The notes under the pieces are model-generated. The model did no database searches. It was not told where the DNA came from and was given only the letters and a program-made list of their open reading frames with translations. The position numbers and the translations under genes were made by a program. From a phage, in assembly GCA_029093185.1 (NCBI GenBank), contig GCA_029093185.1_4348.1: a DNA stretch of 43,655 bases; one strand, written 5' to 3'. Shown here piece by piece: positions 24,625-34,235 of this stretch (its first letter is position 1; each line of letters begins with the position of its first letter).

Positions 24625-25239
24625 ATGGCGAAGACTAAGTCAGAGATGTTTACCCTTATCGGAGCGAATCTTCCCGATAACACTACCGGGCTTATCACCC
24701 CCGCGAAATTACGCGAAGTAATGACGCAGATGGCTGACTCGCCTATTTACGCCACTCCGGGGTTTAAAGAGGTTGAAGTTCTCCGCGCTGCGTCTACCGT
24801 AATACAAGCGCCTACCGCGGTAGATACAGCATTGCAGTTAACTTTCGGCGCTGCGCAGGGTAGTGCATCCGGCCCGGTAATGATTAATGCCGCTGGCCTG
24901 GTTACATTTAACACCGCTGGCAACTACGCCGTTCGCATCAAGTTACAGGCGGGGCGCACAGGGGCCAGCGGCACGTCCATCCTGTTATCGCGCATTCTTC
25001 TTAACGGAGCTCAATACGGCTCACCAGCTGCCACGAAACTGGTAAGCGCCGATGTAACAATCCCGATTGAATCCCGCGTCGTTATTAACCCGACCGCAGG
25101 CCAGACGTTTGCCGTTCAGATTATGCGGGATAGCGCCGGGAGTAACTTCGGCGGCGTATACCCGCAAGCGGCTACGGTAACTGCATGGGGCACAGCACCA
25201 TCTGCGCTACTGGTTATTTCGAGACTGGAGGCTGCGTAA
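24625..25239 (+). CDS. Hypothetical virion structural protein
   Basis: 204-aa ORF in the head-tail joining region. Confidence 0.45.
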   Translation: MAKTKSEMFTLIGANLPDNTTGLITPAKLREVMTQMADSPIYATPGFKEVEVLRAASTVIQAPTAVDTALQLTFGAAQGSASGPVMINAAGLVTFNTAGNYAVRIKLQAGRTGASGTSILLSRILLNGAQYGSPAATKLVSADVTIPIESRVVINPTAGQTFAVQIMRDSAGSNFGGVYPQAATVTAWGTAPSALLVISRLEAA

Positions 25240-25370
25240 TGCGTAAAATAATTAATATGTGGATTAACTCTGATTTTTTGTGGAAGTACGAATTTTTGGT
25301 ATCAGTGTTTGCGCTGGTATCAACAACAGCTCTAATTATATTTTTAGCGGTTTGCGGGGAGTCAACATGA
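25239..25370 (+). CDS. Small membrane protein (43 aa)
   Basis: ATG overlaps the upstream TAA; GGAGG Shine-Dalgarno; single hydrophobic helix FLVSVFALVSTTALIIFLAVCG. Confidence 0.35.
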   Translation: MRKIINMWINSDFLWKYEFLVSVFALVSTTALIIFLAVCGEST

Positions 25371-25726
25371 GCACCGCTTTCAGCAAACGTATGCAGGGCG
25401 TGGGTACACGCCTGCTAACCAAATTCGGTAGCACGGTAGCTCTGGTTCGCGCTGGCTCGAAAGTGTGGGATGAAGTTCTCGGTGAATACGTCTGGTCTGC
25501 GGATGAAGCGCTGCCGTTGAAGGCCGTTCCGGTTCCGGTAAACGCTGGGCTGGTAAACGGTACGACGATTCAGGCTGGCGACATGATTGTTAAAGCGGAT
25601 TGTAGTGTCGTTCCGAAGATGGAAGACAAGGTACAATTCGGCGGCGAGCAATGGTCGGTCGTAGCCATTGAGAAGAAGATGGTTAACGATGATGTCGTGG
25701 CATATTTTATTCAGGTGAGAAAATGA
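25367..25726 (+). CDS. Putative head-tail joining (head closure) protein
   Basis: ATG 25367 (ATGA overlap); about 120 aa; position in the module. Confidence 0.4.
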   Translation: MSTAFSKRMQGVGTRLLTKFGSTVALVRAGSKVWDEVLGEYVWSADEALPLKAVPVPVNAGLVNGTTIQAGDMIVKADCSVVPKMEDKVQFGGEQWSVVAIEKKMVNDDVVAYFIQVRK

Positions 25727-26223
25727 GTTTCGCGCTTGATGTCTCTAAGTTCGTGGAAAAGGCGAAGAAGAACCCAGAGAAGGTGATGCGTCAGGTGTCT
25801 ATTAAGCTGTTTTCCGCTATTATAAAGGCGAGTCCGGTAGATACAGGCCGATTCCGTATGAACTGGATGGCCTCTGGCGGTACTCCTGCTTCCGGTACGA
25901 GTCGCGGTACCGACCCTAGCGGGGCTAACGCAATAAGCGCTATGGTTTCTACGGTGTCAGGTTTACCTGACTGGAGCGAGTTTACCCTGACAAATAACCT
26001 GCCGTATGCGGAAGTTATAGAGTTCGGGGGCTACGCTACTGGCTTCCACGGCCCTAAGCGCCCTTCTAACTTAGGCTCTAAATTTGTTGGCCCATTGAGG
26101 CCGAAAGCGCCCAGCAGAACAACCACAGACGGATATTCCCTTCAGGCTCCGCAAGGTGTTGTCCGGGTTAACGTTCAGCGATTCAATAAACTGCTCGAAG
26201 AAGAAGCGAGGAAGTATAAATAA
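25723..26223 (+). CDS. HK97 gp10-like neck/tail component
   Basis: 166 aa; SPVDTGRFRMNW resembles the gp10-family motif. Confidence 0.45.
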   Translation: MSFALDVSKFVEKAKKNPEKVMRQVSIKLFSAIIKASPVDTGRFRMNWMASGGTPASGTSRGTDPSGANAISAMVSTVSGLPDWSEFTLTNNLPYAEVIEFGGYATGFHGPKRPSNLGSKFVGPLRPKAPSRTTTDGYSLQAPQGVVRVNVQRFNKLLEEEARKYK

Positions 26224-26636
26224 TGGGCTACTTTGAGGACTTAACAAAAGCGTTCGATGTTCCGCTGGTAGCCTTCGGAACCGCCAACGGCATCAAGGTT
26301 GCGCTTGAAAACATCGACGCGCCGACGTCAACCGATACGCCGTATCTGGCGAGTTACATGCTACTGGCAGATACCGAGCAGGCGGATTTGTTCTTCACTG
26401 AGCAACGCTCTGGTATTTATCAGGTAGACATTAACTACGCATCGGTGAAAGGTAGCGCGCCAATCAATAAAATGGCAGACTTACTTAACACGGCGTTTAA
26501 AGCAGGTAAGTCATTTTCGCGTAACGACATCTGCGCCGAGGTTCAATCGGTTAGCCTGGGGCCGCTGATTGTAGAAAACGGATGGGCCAAACGGCCATTG
26601 TCAATTAACTTTATAGCATTCACCAAGAGGCTGTGA
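26223..26636 (+). CDS. Putative tail terminator/completion protein
   Basis: 137 aa immediately upstream of the major tail protein. Confidence 0.4.
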   Translation: MGYFEDLTKAFDVPLVAFGTANGIKVALENIDAPTSTDTPYLASYMLLADTEQADLFFTEQRSGIYQVDINYASVKGSAPINKMADLLNTAFKAGKSFSRNDICAEVQSVSLGPLIVENGWAKRPLSINFIAFTKRL

Positions 26637-27805
26637 ATATGGCTACAACTCCTTTTAAGGGCGCGAATACCGCGCAATTCTATGTGGCGGAAGTGACCCC
26701 GGGTGTAACACCGACTAACCCGGTCTGGTCACCATTACGTAACACGGGCGGTGTTCCTGCCATTACCCGTGACACACTGACCTCCAACGAACTCGACGGC
26801 AGCCGTGAAACTACATCCATCCGCACCGGTAACAAACAGGTTAGCGGTGAATACGCAATTGAGCTTAGCTCTAAAAGCCAGGATGACTGGTTGGCAGGTG
26901 CTTTAGGCTCTACGTGGCAATCCGGTGTTTCTCTGCCAGGACTATCGATCACCGTCGCGCCCGCGGGCAAGACGTTCACACGCGCTACCGGCAGTTTTAT
27001 CACTGACGGAGTTGGGGTAGGCGACCTGATTGCGTTTACCGACTTAACAGGCGATAACGCAAAACCATTTATTGTTACCGCAGTAACGGCTACCGTTGTT
27101 ACTGGTGCAGGCATCCAACACACCCTGACCACCGAGACAAAAACTAGTAAGGCTAAAACTGGCGACACGCTGGAAACCGGTAACACATGTAAGACGTTCT
27201 CTATTCTCACCTGGTACAAAGGACAGTGCGGCGGGACTGACGCATACACACTAACCAAAGGTGTGGAAGTTTCCGGTTTCACCGTTGAGCAGGCCGTTAA
27301 CGCGATGGTTACAGGTAGCTTCCCGTTCATCGGGCGCAGCCAGGAGATTCTTACTACGCCGCCGTCTGGTTCCAACTTCTCCTCTGTCACGTTTGGTGAT
27401 GAGCCATTCTCCTCGGTTGACGTTTCTGTGTTTGACGGCTATACGCCGTTGCGTTGCGACAGCCTGACCATCACCAACGACAACAGCGCATCCGCGCAGT
27501 TCGAACTCGGCAACACTAACGTAGCGTTTGTAGAACGTAGCCGCGCGGCTAACACCTTCTCCATCTCCGGCAAGCTGTATGACATGGCGATGATTCAGAA
27601 GTTTATCAACGAGCAGCAGGTAGAGATTAACTCTATTCTGGCGGGGGTAAACGGGGCTATGTCTTTCAGTTTGAAACGTGCGGAGCTTACGGCAGTTACC
27701 CCAGAGATTGGCGGACCTGAGTCAATCACTCAGTCCATTGAAGGCCAGGCTACTGGCAACCAGTACCAGTCGTCTATTGTTATTCAGCGTATCACCTACG
27801 CATAA
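26633..27805 (+). CDS. Major tail protein
   Basis: 390 aa, Thr/Gly/Ser-rich, followed by a terminator. Confidence 0.6.
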   Translation: MNMATTPFKGANTAQFYVAEVTPGVTPTNPVWSPLRNTGGVPAITRDTLTSNELDGSRETTSIRTGNKQVSGEYAIELSSKSQDDWLAGALGSTWQSGVSLPGLSITVAPAGKTFTRATGSFITDGVGVGDLIAFTDLTGDNAKPFIVTAVTATVVTGAGIQHTLTTETKTSKAKTGDTLETGNTCKTFSILTWYKGQCGGTDAYTLTKGVEVSGFTVEQAVNAMVTGSFPFIGRSQEILTTPPSGSNFSSVTFGDEPFSSVDVSVFDGYTPLRCDSLTITNDNSASAQFELGNTNVAFVERSRAANTFSISGKLYDMAMIQKFINEQQVEINSILAGVNGAMSFSLKRAELTAVTPEIGGPESITQSIEGQATGNQYQSSIVIQRITYA

Positions 27806-27809
27806 AACT

Positions 27810-27835
27810 AAGGCCCCGAAAGGGGCCTTTTTTAT
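27810..27835. terminator. Bidirectional rho-independent terminator
   Basis: AAGGCCCC-GAAA-GGGGCCTT followed by TTTTTTATT; also terminates the convergent antisense operon. Confidence 0.65.
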
Positions 27836-28065
27836 TACTCATCAATGTTACTCCTGTACTCCCGTAACTTTTCCAGACTTTCAATTGCTTCCGCTAAGTC
27901 GGTTCCGGTGTCCTTGTGTCCACGTAAACCCATGCACAATAGCTTCTTCAATGCGTGCTGTAACGCCGGGTCGCGGATGTCGAAAGCGCGGAGCACATCA
28001 TAAACGTCTACTGTCATAGTGCTGCCGTGAGTATTTGTCATTGTGCGGTTGTATTTTGAAGTCAT
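27835..28065 (-). CDS. Hypothetical small protein (third gene of the antisense moron operon)
   Basis: 76 aa; ATGA overlap with the phosphoesterase gene. Confidence 0.55.
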   Translation of the reverse strand: MTSKYNRTMTNTHGSTMTVDVYDVLRAFDIRDPALQHALKKLLCMGLRGHKDTGTDLAEAIESLEKLREYRSNIDE

Positions 28066-29192
28066 CCCAGCATCTCCGGTGAAATAGTTAAACGTGCGAC
28101 CTCGCCATATTCGGCGCTATAAGTAATTACATTTGCACTGCGGCCTGACATCCACCCGCCGCGGGAGGCATAGGCGTCTTTAGCCGCTAAGGTGCGGTGT
28201 TGCTCAACAATCATGTTACGGCTTTCTACAATCTTCTGGTGGTGCAGGTGGCCTACGTGGGCGTAGCTATAGACACTCTCACCGAACGCTTTGCGGAATT
28301 TGGCAATCATAACCGGTTCGATAGCATCGAATCGCGCCTTATGCCCGTGGTGAAAGAACAACGTCGTTTTTCCGTGTTGCACCATCTTGTAAACATCCGG
28401 CGACGTATCGACAATCACTCGGCTGTCGTTCGAATATAAAACTGTGAACATTTCAGCCAGCCATACAGAGCCTACAGGGTCATGGTTCCCCTGTACGATA
28501 AGCAAGCGAACATTTTTATGTTTAACCAGTGCCATATCTACAACACAGCGTACCATACGAATCATGTAGCGGACGAGTTTCTGGTAGCGAGTGTCTGCGT
28601 CCAACACGTGACGCGACTCAGGTGTAACGGCATCCAGACTATCGAAGTGCGCGAAATCACCCAGCAGGTTAATAACTCCTGTTCCTGCATCCGGTGCTTT
28701 CTGAAACGCCGCGTCGAACCAACGAGAGAACAGGTCTTCCGCAATCTTTATATCCCAGTCGTCGCCGCTCTCGTCGGCCCAGGCAAGCATACCGAGATGG
28801 AAATCAGATACCGTGTAAAGATTGAGTAGCTTGTCGTCGCGTTTGGCTCGAGTCGCTTTAGCCGGCGCAACTGGCGTAATCTCTGACTTCATGCCTTCAA
28901 TCACGGCTTTCATCAACTCGACCTGACGTTCAGCGTCGGTGTCTGTCTTAACCCATTGCAACTTAGTATTGCCGAACTCGTCTACCAGAGACGACGTTCC
29001 TTTAATCTTGTAGCCGTCTGGCACAAGGTGGCTAACGTCACGCCCGTGGCCTACACCTTTCTTAGCCAGCTTCGCTTTACGGATACGAATAACTCGGTCT
29101 GAGATGCCGTATTTACGGGCGATGTCTACATTCTTCATCCCGGCGTTCAATTCTTCCTGTAACTGTTCGTCGGTTATTTTCTTCTGGGCCAT
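28062..29192 (-). CDS. HTH-fused calcineurin-like metallophosphoesterase
   Basis: 376 aa; N-terminal HTH (VDIARKYGISDRVIRIRKAKL); phosphoesterase motifs VSDFHLG (DxH), LGDFAHFD (GDxxD), VQGNHDP (GNHD), HHGH and GHLHH. Confidence 0.7.
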   Translation of the reverse strand: MAQKKITDEQLQEELNAGMKNVDIARKYGISDRVIRIRKAKLAKKGVGHGRDVSHLVPDGYKIKGTSSLVDEFGNTKLQWVKTDTDAERQVELMKAVIEGMKSEITPVAPAKATRAKRDDKLLNLYTVSDFHLGMLAWADESGDDWDIKIAEDLFSRWFDAAFQKAPDAGTGVINLLGDFAHFDSLDAVTPESRHVLDADTRYQKLVRYMIRMVRCVVDMALVKHKNVRLLIVQGNHDPVGSVWLAEMFTVLYSNDSRVIVDTSPDVYKMVQHGKTTLFFHHGHKARFDAIEPVMIAKFRKAFGESVYSYAHVGHLHHQKIVESRNMIVEQHRTLAAKDAYASRGGWMSGRSANVITYSAEYGEVARLTISPEMLG

Positions 29193-29257
29193 GCTTACTT
29201 CCTCGTGTTTAGGATTTGTCCTATTTAACCACAGTGGATTCCTTTAAATAAAGGCAA

Positions 29258-29584
29258 CTATTTACTTTCTGCGCCTATCGCCCACCCTGTCATTACCATT
29301 TGCAGACGGGTGGCTGTCAGTAGGCTATAGAAAGCATCTCCGTTTTTCTCTACCGAACGTATCACTGTGTAGGTTACGGCCTGCGGGGGTAGGCCCGATT
29401 TACCAACCTCCACGGCGGCCTCACACTCGCGAACTGTAGAGTCCTTGAACGCCTTTACAATAGTAGGGTCGGCTTTCCCGAGCACACCAGAAGTCATAAG
29501 AACAGATTCACTAAATACCTGTTCGCACGGGGCTCCAAAAGTAGCAAAAGACATAAACCCCAGAGCTAATACTAATTTACGCAT
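29258..29584 (-). CDS. Small secreted protein with cleavable signal peptide
   Basis: 108 aa; MRKLVLALGFMSFATFGAP signal-like N-terminus; two Cys in the mature part; no lipobox. Confidence 0.55.
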   Translation of the reverse strand: MRKLVLALGFMSFATFGAPCEQVFSESVLMTSGVLGKADPTIVKAFKDSTVRECEAAVEVGKSGLPPQAVTYTVIRSVEKNGDAFYSLLTATRLQMVMTGWAIGAESK

Positions 29585-29612
29585 AATTATACCCTCAGTA
29601 AGTTACTGGTGA

Positions 29613-29641
29613 ATAGTACCCTATTATATTGGGGCGCGCAA
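29613..29641 (-). promoter_or_regulatory. Early-type promoter with operator palindrome driving the antisense moron operon
   Basis: Minus strand TTGCGC (rc of 29636-29641), 17 nt, TACTAT (rc of 29613-29618); TAATAG-GGTA-CTATTC; a 24-bp identity with the promoter at 20487-20510. Confidence 0.55.
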
Positions 29642-29748
29642 GTAGTGTGTTAGAATAAGTTTGCGCCTAGTGTCGCACACGAAAAGCGGGTGGTTCCCGT
29701 CTGGCGCATTAACCATAACCAGTAACCTCTTAACCAAAGGACTAAAGA

Positions 29749-30165
29749 ATGAAACTTTCTGATTTTTATTTTGCCGACCGCCACGCTGCCGGTACTAAAA
29801 TGCCTATCCTTCTGCCGAGTGGTAAAGATTCCGGTGAATGGCTACAGGTCATCGGCCCTGATTGCGACGCGGGTGTTCGTGCAGGCCGCGCCTACACAAC
29901 GGCAATTCGACGCCTTACGGAAGAACTTGCGCCCTTAGATAAAGAGTGTGAGGCACTGAATAACTGGGCGCGCTATAACGATGAGAAGGGCTGGCGGGTG
30001 ATGGACCTGAACAAGCAGCTTGCCGTGGAAATTGTCACCGGTTGGTCATTCGACGAACCATTCAGCAAAGAGGCGCTGGCTAACCTGTTCGACCAGTACA
30101 GTGGACTGGCTGAGGCGGTAGTTAAGCACCACACCGACAGCCGCGAGAAACTATCGGAAAAGTAA
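29749..30165 (+). CDS. Tail assembly chaperone (G-like)
   Basis: 138 aa immediately upstream of the tape measure gene; a -1 frame stays open past its stop. Confidence 0.55.
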   Translation: MKLSDFYFADRHAAGTKMPILLPSGKDSGEWLQVIGPDCDAGVRAGRAYTTAIRRLTEELAPLDKECEALNNWARYNDEKGWRVMDLNKQLAVEIVTGWSFDEPFSKEALANLFDQYSGLAEAVVKHHTDSREKLSEK

Positions 30166-30527
30166 AAGCGCTGTATGAATTTGCGCAATGGTGTTTTGTT
30201 GACCGCCACAAACGTAAGCAATTCGACGACATCGCGGCAGGGCACCAGGCGGCTTTGATTGCAATGGGCGTGATTAAAGAACCGCAGATGAAAGAAACGA
30301 CGGGGCCTGAATGCCCCGTTTCTCTTATCGACGTGTTCGAGAAATACCGTGCCATTAAATTCCTACAGCGCGAAACAGATGATACTATCGTTATAATCCC
30401 GCGCGATGCGCTCAAATGGCAAGATTTGGTAGCGTTTCGTGATGTCGCCGGTTACGGCATAAGTTTGTTCGAAGCCGAGGTTATCATGGGCTTAGACGGA
30501 ATATTTGAGGGCAGAGAAGATGGCTGA
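30126..30527 (+). CDS. Tail assembly chaperone frameshift extension (GT-like; -1 frame, no independent start required)
   Basis: Frame open from 30126 to 30527 and overlapping the last 40 nt of the G-like ORF; GAAAAG (30157-30162) is a candidate slippery site. Confidence 0.4.
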   Translation, partial: APHRQPRETIGKVKALYEFAQWCFVDRHKRKQFDDIAAGHQAALIAMGVIKEPQMKETTGPECPVSLIDVFEKYRAIKFLQRETDDTIVIIPRDALKWQDLVAFRDVAGYGISLFEAEVIMGLDGIFEGREDG

Positions 30528-32832
30528 TACGGCTTCCCTAATTGCCAGAGTAAAAACAGAAGGCGCTGATGTAGCCGCTAAACAGCTTGACGCTATGGCG
30601 GCATCCGCAGACCGTGCGGACACATCCGTAAACAAACTAACGCCGGATGTTAATAAAGTAAACTCCGCTACGTCTAAAGCGGCTTCTGACGGTTTCGCTA
30701 AGTTCCGTAACGCCGCAGGGCAGGTGGGCTTCCAGGTACAGGACATGGTTGTCCAGTTGCAGTCCGGTACGTCTGCATTCGTGGCAATTGGTCAACAAGG
30801 TTCGCAGCTTGCGGGTGCTTTCGGCCCTGGTGGTGCGGTGCTTGGAGCTGTAATTGCTCTTGCGTCCGCAATCGGCGGTGTCCTGTATAAATCGCTAACC
30901 GAAGCAGAAGGCAGTTCAAAAGACCTCGAAGCCGCGCAGAAGCAGTTAAAAGATACTTTCCAGCAAACGGCATCCGGTTCTCTTGAACTGACAGACGGCC
31001 TTATTCAGCTTACCCAAATCAGCAGAGAAGCAGCAGAGACTCAGCTTGCTCTGGCTAAGGCTAACGCGGACCTTATCGCTCAGCAAACAGCTAAAGCCGT
31101 TCGGGAGGACGCAGAATCGTGGGAAACGTGGAAAGCCTCCACGGCATCGGCGATTAGCCAGTACGATGCGCTGGTATCTAAGGGCGCGGATGTAGGCGAC
31201 ACGTTAGAAAAACTCGGTGGCACTTACGAGGGTAACATCGTAGGCGTCAACATGCTGGCGCAGAATATCGCGGAGCTTAGCAGTAAGTTCGGAGTTAACC
31301 GTGACCAGGCGCTGGAGATGATAGCGGCGCAGAGTGCGTTTAACAAAGAACCAACCGCCGAGAATGCCCGCCGCATCGCCGATGTGTTTACCGACTGGCT
31401 CGGTAACACAAAACAGTTGAATCCGGAACTTATCCGCCTGACTGACAATGCCAATAAGAACGCCACGGCACTAGAGAACGCAGAGAAGTCGGCAAACGCG
31501 GCGGCAGAGGCTCAAAAGAATCTTGGCCGTAACGTCAACTCAACCACGCAGAGATTCCAGGAACAGAACGAAGCTATCGTCAAGAATCAGCAAATTGCCA
31601 TCTTAAGCGACCGTGAGCGCATCCGGGCGCAAGCTGAGATGGATAAACAAGCGTTCGCTAAACGTGAAGCTGTCACCAAAGAACAGATCGCCGCGTATAA
31701 CGCCGCCCGCGACACAGAAGCACAGCAAGACATCGCTCGCATCGACGCGACCGAAAAAGCTAAGGCTGACCGCGAGGCTAAATCGAACGAGAAACGTCTG
31801 GCGGCGCAGGCCAAACGTGAAGAAACGGCGGCTGAACGACAGAAAAAAGCGGCGGAAGATTTCCTGGCTACTGTCGACCGCACAACCGGAGATGAGATTT
31901 CGCGCATTACCGCTGCGGAAGAACAGAAACTGGCGAAACTGGAGGAGTTCAACCGCGCCGGAACGATAAGCCAGCAGCAGTATGAAAACGCCAAAACTCA
32001 AATTATGCTCACAGCCGAGCAGGCCAGACAGGAAGAACTGGATAAGAAAAGAAAAGAGCAGCAGGAAAAGCAGCAGAAAGGCGAGGACTTCATGGCGCAG
32101 ATTATGGGTCAGAACGCTACTGAGCTTGAGCTTCTCGACATCCAGGAACAGCAGAAACTGGAGGTAGCGGATAAGTACCGTGAGCAGGGGCTTATTAGTG
32201 AGAAGCAGTACCAGGCGGCGCTTAACGCCATCAATGAGCAGTATGCTACGAAGCGTGCCGACGCAACGGCAACCGCCTTCGGTAACATGGCTTCAAACAT
32301 CGGTTCGGCTTTGGGCGAGGCTTCTGGCGCGTATAAGGCATTCGCTATCGTACAGGCCACTATCGCCACGTACACCGCGGCTATCGAGGCGTACAAGTCC
32401 ACAGCGGCTATCCCTGTAGTTGGTCCGTTCCTGGCTCCTGTAGCTGCCGCCGCTGCCGTTGGGGCGGGTATGGCGCAGATTTCCGCTATCAGGTCCGCAC
32501 GTGAACAGGGCGGACAGTTATCAGCCGGGCAGGCTTCCACCATCGCTGAACGTGGTAAACCAGAAGTTATCATGCCCGCTGGTGCGTCACGTGTACGCAC
32601 CGCACAGCAGATGAAAGAAATTATGGGGCAAAACGGGTCTTCTTCCGGCCCATCTAATGTTACCATTGTAAATAATACATCGAGTCAGATTGGCAACGTA
32701 TCCACCGAGCAGGATGATGAAGGCCGTCTGCGTATCATCATAGAAGAGCAAGTTGCTGCATCTTTGCAGAACAGCAACAGTAAGATTAGCAAGGCCCGCA
32801 AGGCCACAAGAAACGCGCCGGGGTTTAAATAA
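30505..32832 (+). CDS. Tail tape measure protein
   Basis: 775 aa, long Ala/Gln/Glu/Lys-rich helical sequence after the chaperone pair. Confidence 0.8.
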   Translation: MRAEKMADTASLIARVKTEGADVAAKQLDAMAASADRADTSVNKLTPDVNKVNSATSKAASDGFAKFRNAAGQVGFQVQDMVVQLQSGTSAFVAIGQQGSQLAGAFGPGGAVLGAVIALASAIGGVLYKSLTEAEGSSKDLEAAQKQLKDTFQQTASGSLELTDGLIQLTQISREAAETQLALAKANADLIAQQTAKAVREDAESWETWKASTASAISQYDALVSKGADVGDTLEKLGGTYEGNIVGVNMLAQNIAELSSKFGVNRDQALEMIAAQSAFNKEPTAENARRIADVFTDWLGNTKQLNPELIRLTDNANKNATALENAEKSANAAAEAQKNLGRNVNSTTQRFQEQNEAIVKNQQIAILSDRERIRAQAEMDKQAFAKREAVTKEQIAAYNAARDTEAQQDIARIDATEKAKADREAKSNEKRLAAQAKREETAAERQKKAAEDFLATVDRTTGDEISRITAAEEQKLAKLEEFNRAGTISQQQYENAKTQIMLTAEQARQEELDKKRKEQQEKQQKGEDFMAQIMGQNATELELLDIQEQQKLEVADKYREQGLISEKQYQAALNAINEQYATKRADATATAFGNMASNIGSALGEASGAYKAFAIVQATIATYTAAIEAYKSTAAIPVVGPFLAPVAAAAAVGAGMAQISAIRSAREQGGQLSAGQASTIAERGKPEVIMPAGASRVRTAQQMKEIMGQNGSSSGPSNVTIVNNTSSQIGNVSTEQDDEGRLRIIIEEQVAASLQNSNSKISKARKATRNAPGFK

Positions 32833-34232
32833 TGAGCGACTTATATTTCCCACGTAGCCTTAAGCCGGTGGTATCGAAAGGCTACTCAATGACCAGACGT
32901 AACAACGTCTGGAGTGTAGATTTAGCTGGTGGCGGTGTACGTCAGGGGCGCGACACGTATTACGACGTGTTCCCGATAAGCGTAACTCTGATTACATCGG
33001 CACTGGGACGGCAGGCGTTTCTGTCGTTCCTCGAAAAAGTAGACGGCGGTGCGTCAAGTTTCTGGATGGCGCACGACTTCGGCATGGGTATTGAAGATTA
33101 TCAGGTAACCATCACGTCCACCATCGCGGAGTCCACCGAAGACGGCATTAACTGGACGATTACTTTCACGGCAACCGCCGAGAAATCCCCGTTCCAGGAC
33201 CTCGAGAACCAGTGTCTTGTCAATAATCTGCCGGATTTGTATGGTTGCTATGGTGACGGGCTGGGGTGTTTCCTGAAAATATACGCGAACTATGAGACAA
33301 CGTTCCCGCGAATCTGGAGTAATGAAGGCCCTGCCGGATATCCGCCGATTAACCTTCTGGCGTCGACTCTTGATAGCCGCATTGTGTATGAAGGGCCGCA
33401 GGTTTATTACATCAACCGCAACGGCAATCTTGTGCAGTCCGCCACTAATGAATGGCCTCTTACGTTTATTGACGGAACTGCAGTTGGGCGTGTGCCGCCG
33501 GAAAAGGCTGCTACCAATGTGGTAGAACATTCTAACAACTTACTATCTACATCATTTTCACGTACCAGAACAACAACCACGGCGAGTTCTTTGGCGTTAT
33601 TCCAAGAAACTTATGCTGCTAAATTAACCGCAACGTCGGTATCAGGTAACCATTATATAAACAAGGCAGAGGCCCCAGAACAAGAAACAAGATACTCTAT
33701 TAGTGCTATTATAAAAGCAGATGAGTACCAGTCGGCAGCGGTAGCCATCGGCAACCGAGCCGCTTTAGATAATTTCCAGTATGCCTATGTTGACTTAGCC
33801 TCCGGCTATTTGATATCAGGCGACACCTCAAGGTCGTTCGTAAGCAATCTTGGTGGTGGGTGGTATCACGTTTCAATGTCAGCGGACACTAACGACTCCG
33901 GCGGATTGATTTATTCGCAGATAAACATGTTGTCTCCGTCTAACTCCCTCACCTTCACAGGGGATGATGTCAGTGGGTTCATTATAGCCCTAATCCAGAT
34001 GGAGCCTTCAGAGTTTGCCTCCTCCCCGATAGTGACCGAGGAGTCACCGGTAACTCGTCCAACGGCATCAGCAAAAGTGGCAATGAACGGCGCGACAAGC
34101 ATCGACATTACCTATTCCGACGGCTCTGTGGTAAACGTTCTGGCGGCAGATGATTACGCAACCATCCCGCAGGCTGATTCCGCGTGGGGTAGCAAGTACA
34201 TCACTCGTATTGATTTTAATGTGGACGGTTAA
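32832..34232 (+). CDS. Minor tail protein (distal tail/tip component)
   Basis: 466 aa directly after the tape measure gene. Confidence 0.5.
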   Translation: MSDLYFPRSLKPVVSKGYSMTRRNNVWSVDLAGGGVRQGRDTYYDVFPISVTLITSALGRQAFLSFLEKVDGGASSFWMAHDFGMGIEDYQVTITSTIAESTEDGINWTITFTATAEKSPFQDLENQCLVNNLPDLYGCYGDGLGCFLKIYANYETTFPRIWSNEGPAGYPPINLLASTLDSRIVYEGPQVYYINRNGNLVQSATNEWPLTFIDGTAVGRVPPEKAATNVVEHSNNLLSTSFSRTRTTTTASSLALFQETYAAKLTATSVSGNHYINKAEAPEQETRYSISAIIKADEYQSAAVAIGNRAALDNFQYAYVDLASGYLISGDTSRSFVSNLGGGWYHVSMSADTNDSGGLIYSQINMLSPSNSLTFTGDDVSGFIIALIQMEPSEFASSPIVTEESPVTRPTASAKVAMNGATSIDITYSDGSVVNVLAADDYATIPQADSAWGSKYITRIDFNVDG

Positions 34233-34235
34233 TTT

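Noticed and set aside
26680-27390. 236-aa antisense ORF inside the major tail protein gene
   Set aside because: It is antisense to a well-supported structural gene, has a Pro/Ser/Val-rich low-complexity translation and no start context.
31224-32666. Antisense and alternative-frame ORFs inside the tape measure gene (31224..31466, 31587..31994, 31603..32001, 32109..32666 and others)
   Set aside because: These are typical artefacts of a long GC-rich repetitive gene; the sense frame gives a coherent 775-aa helical protein.
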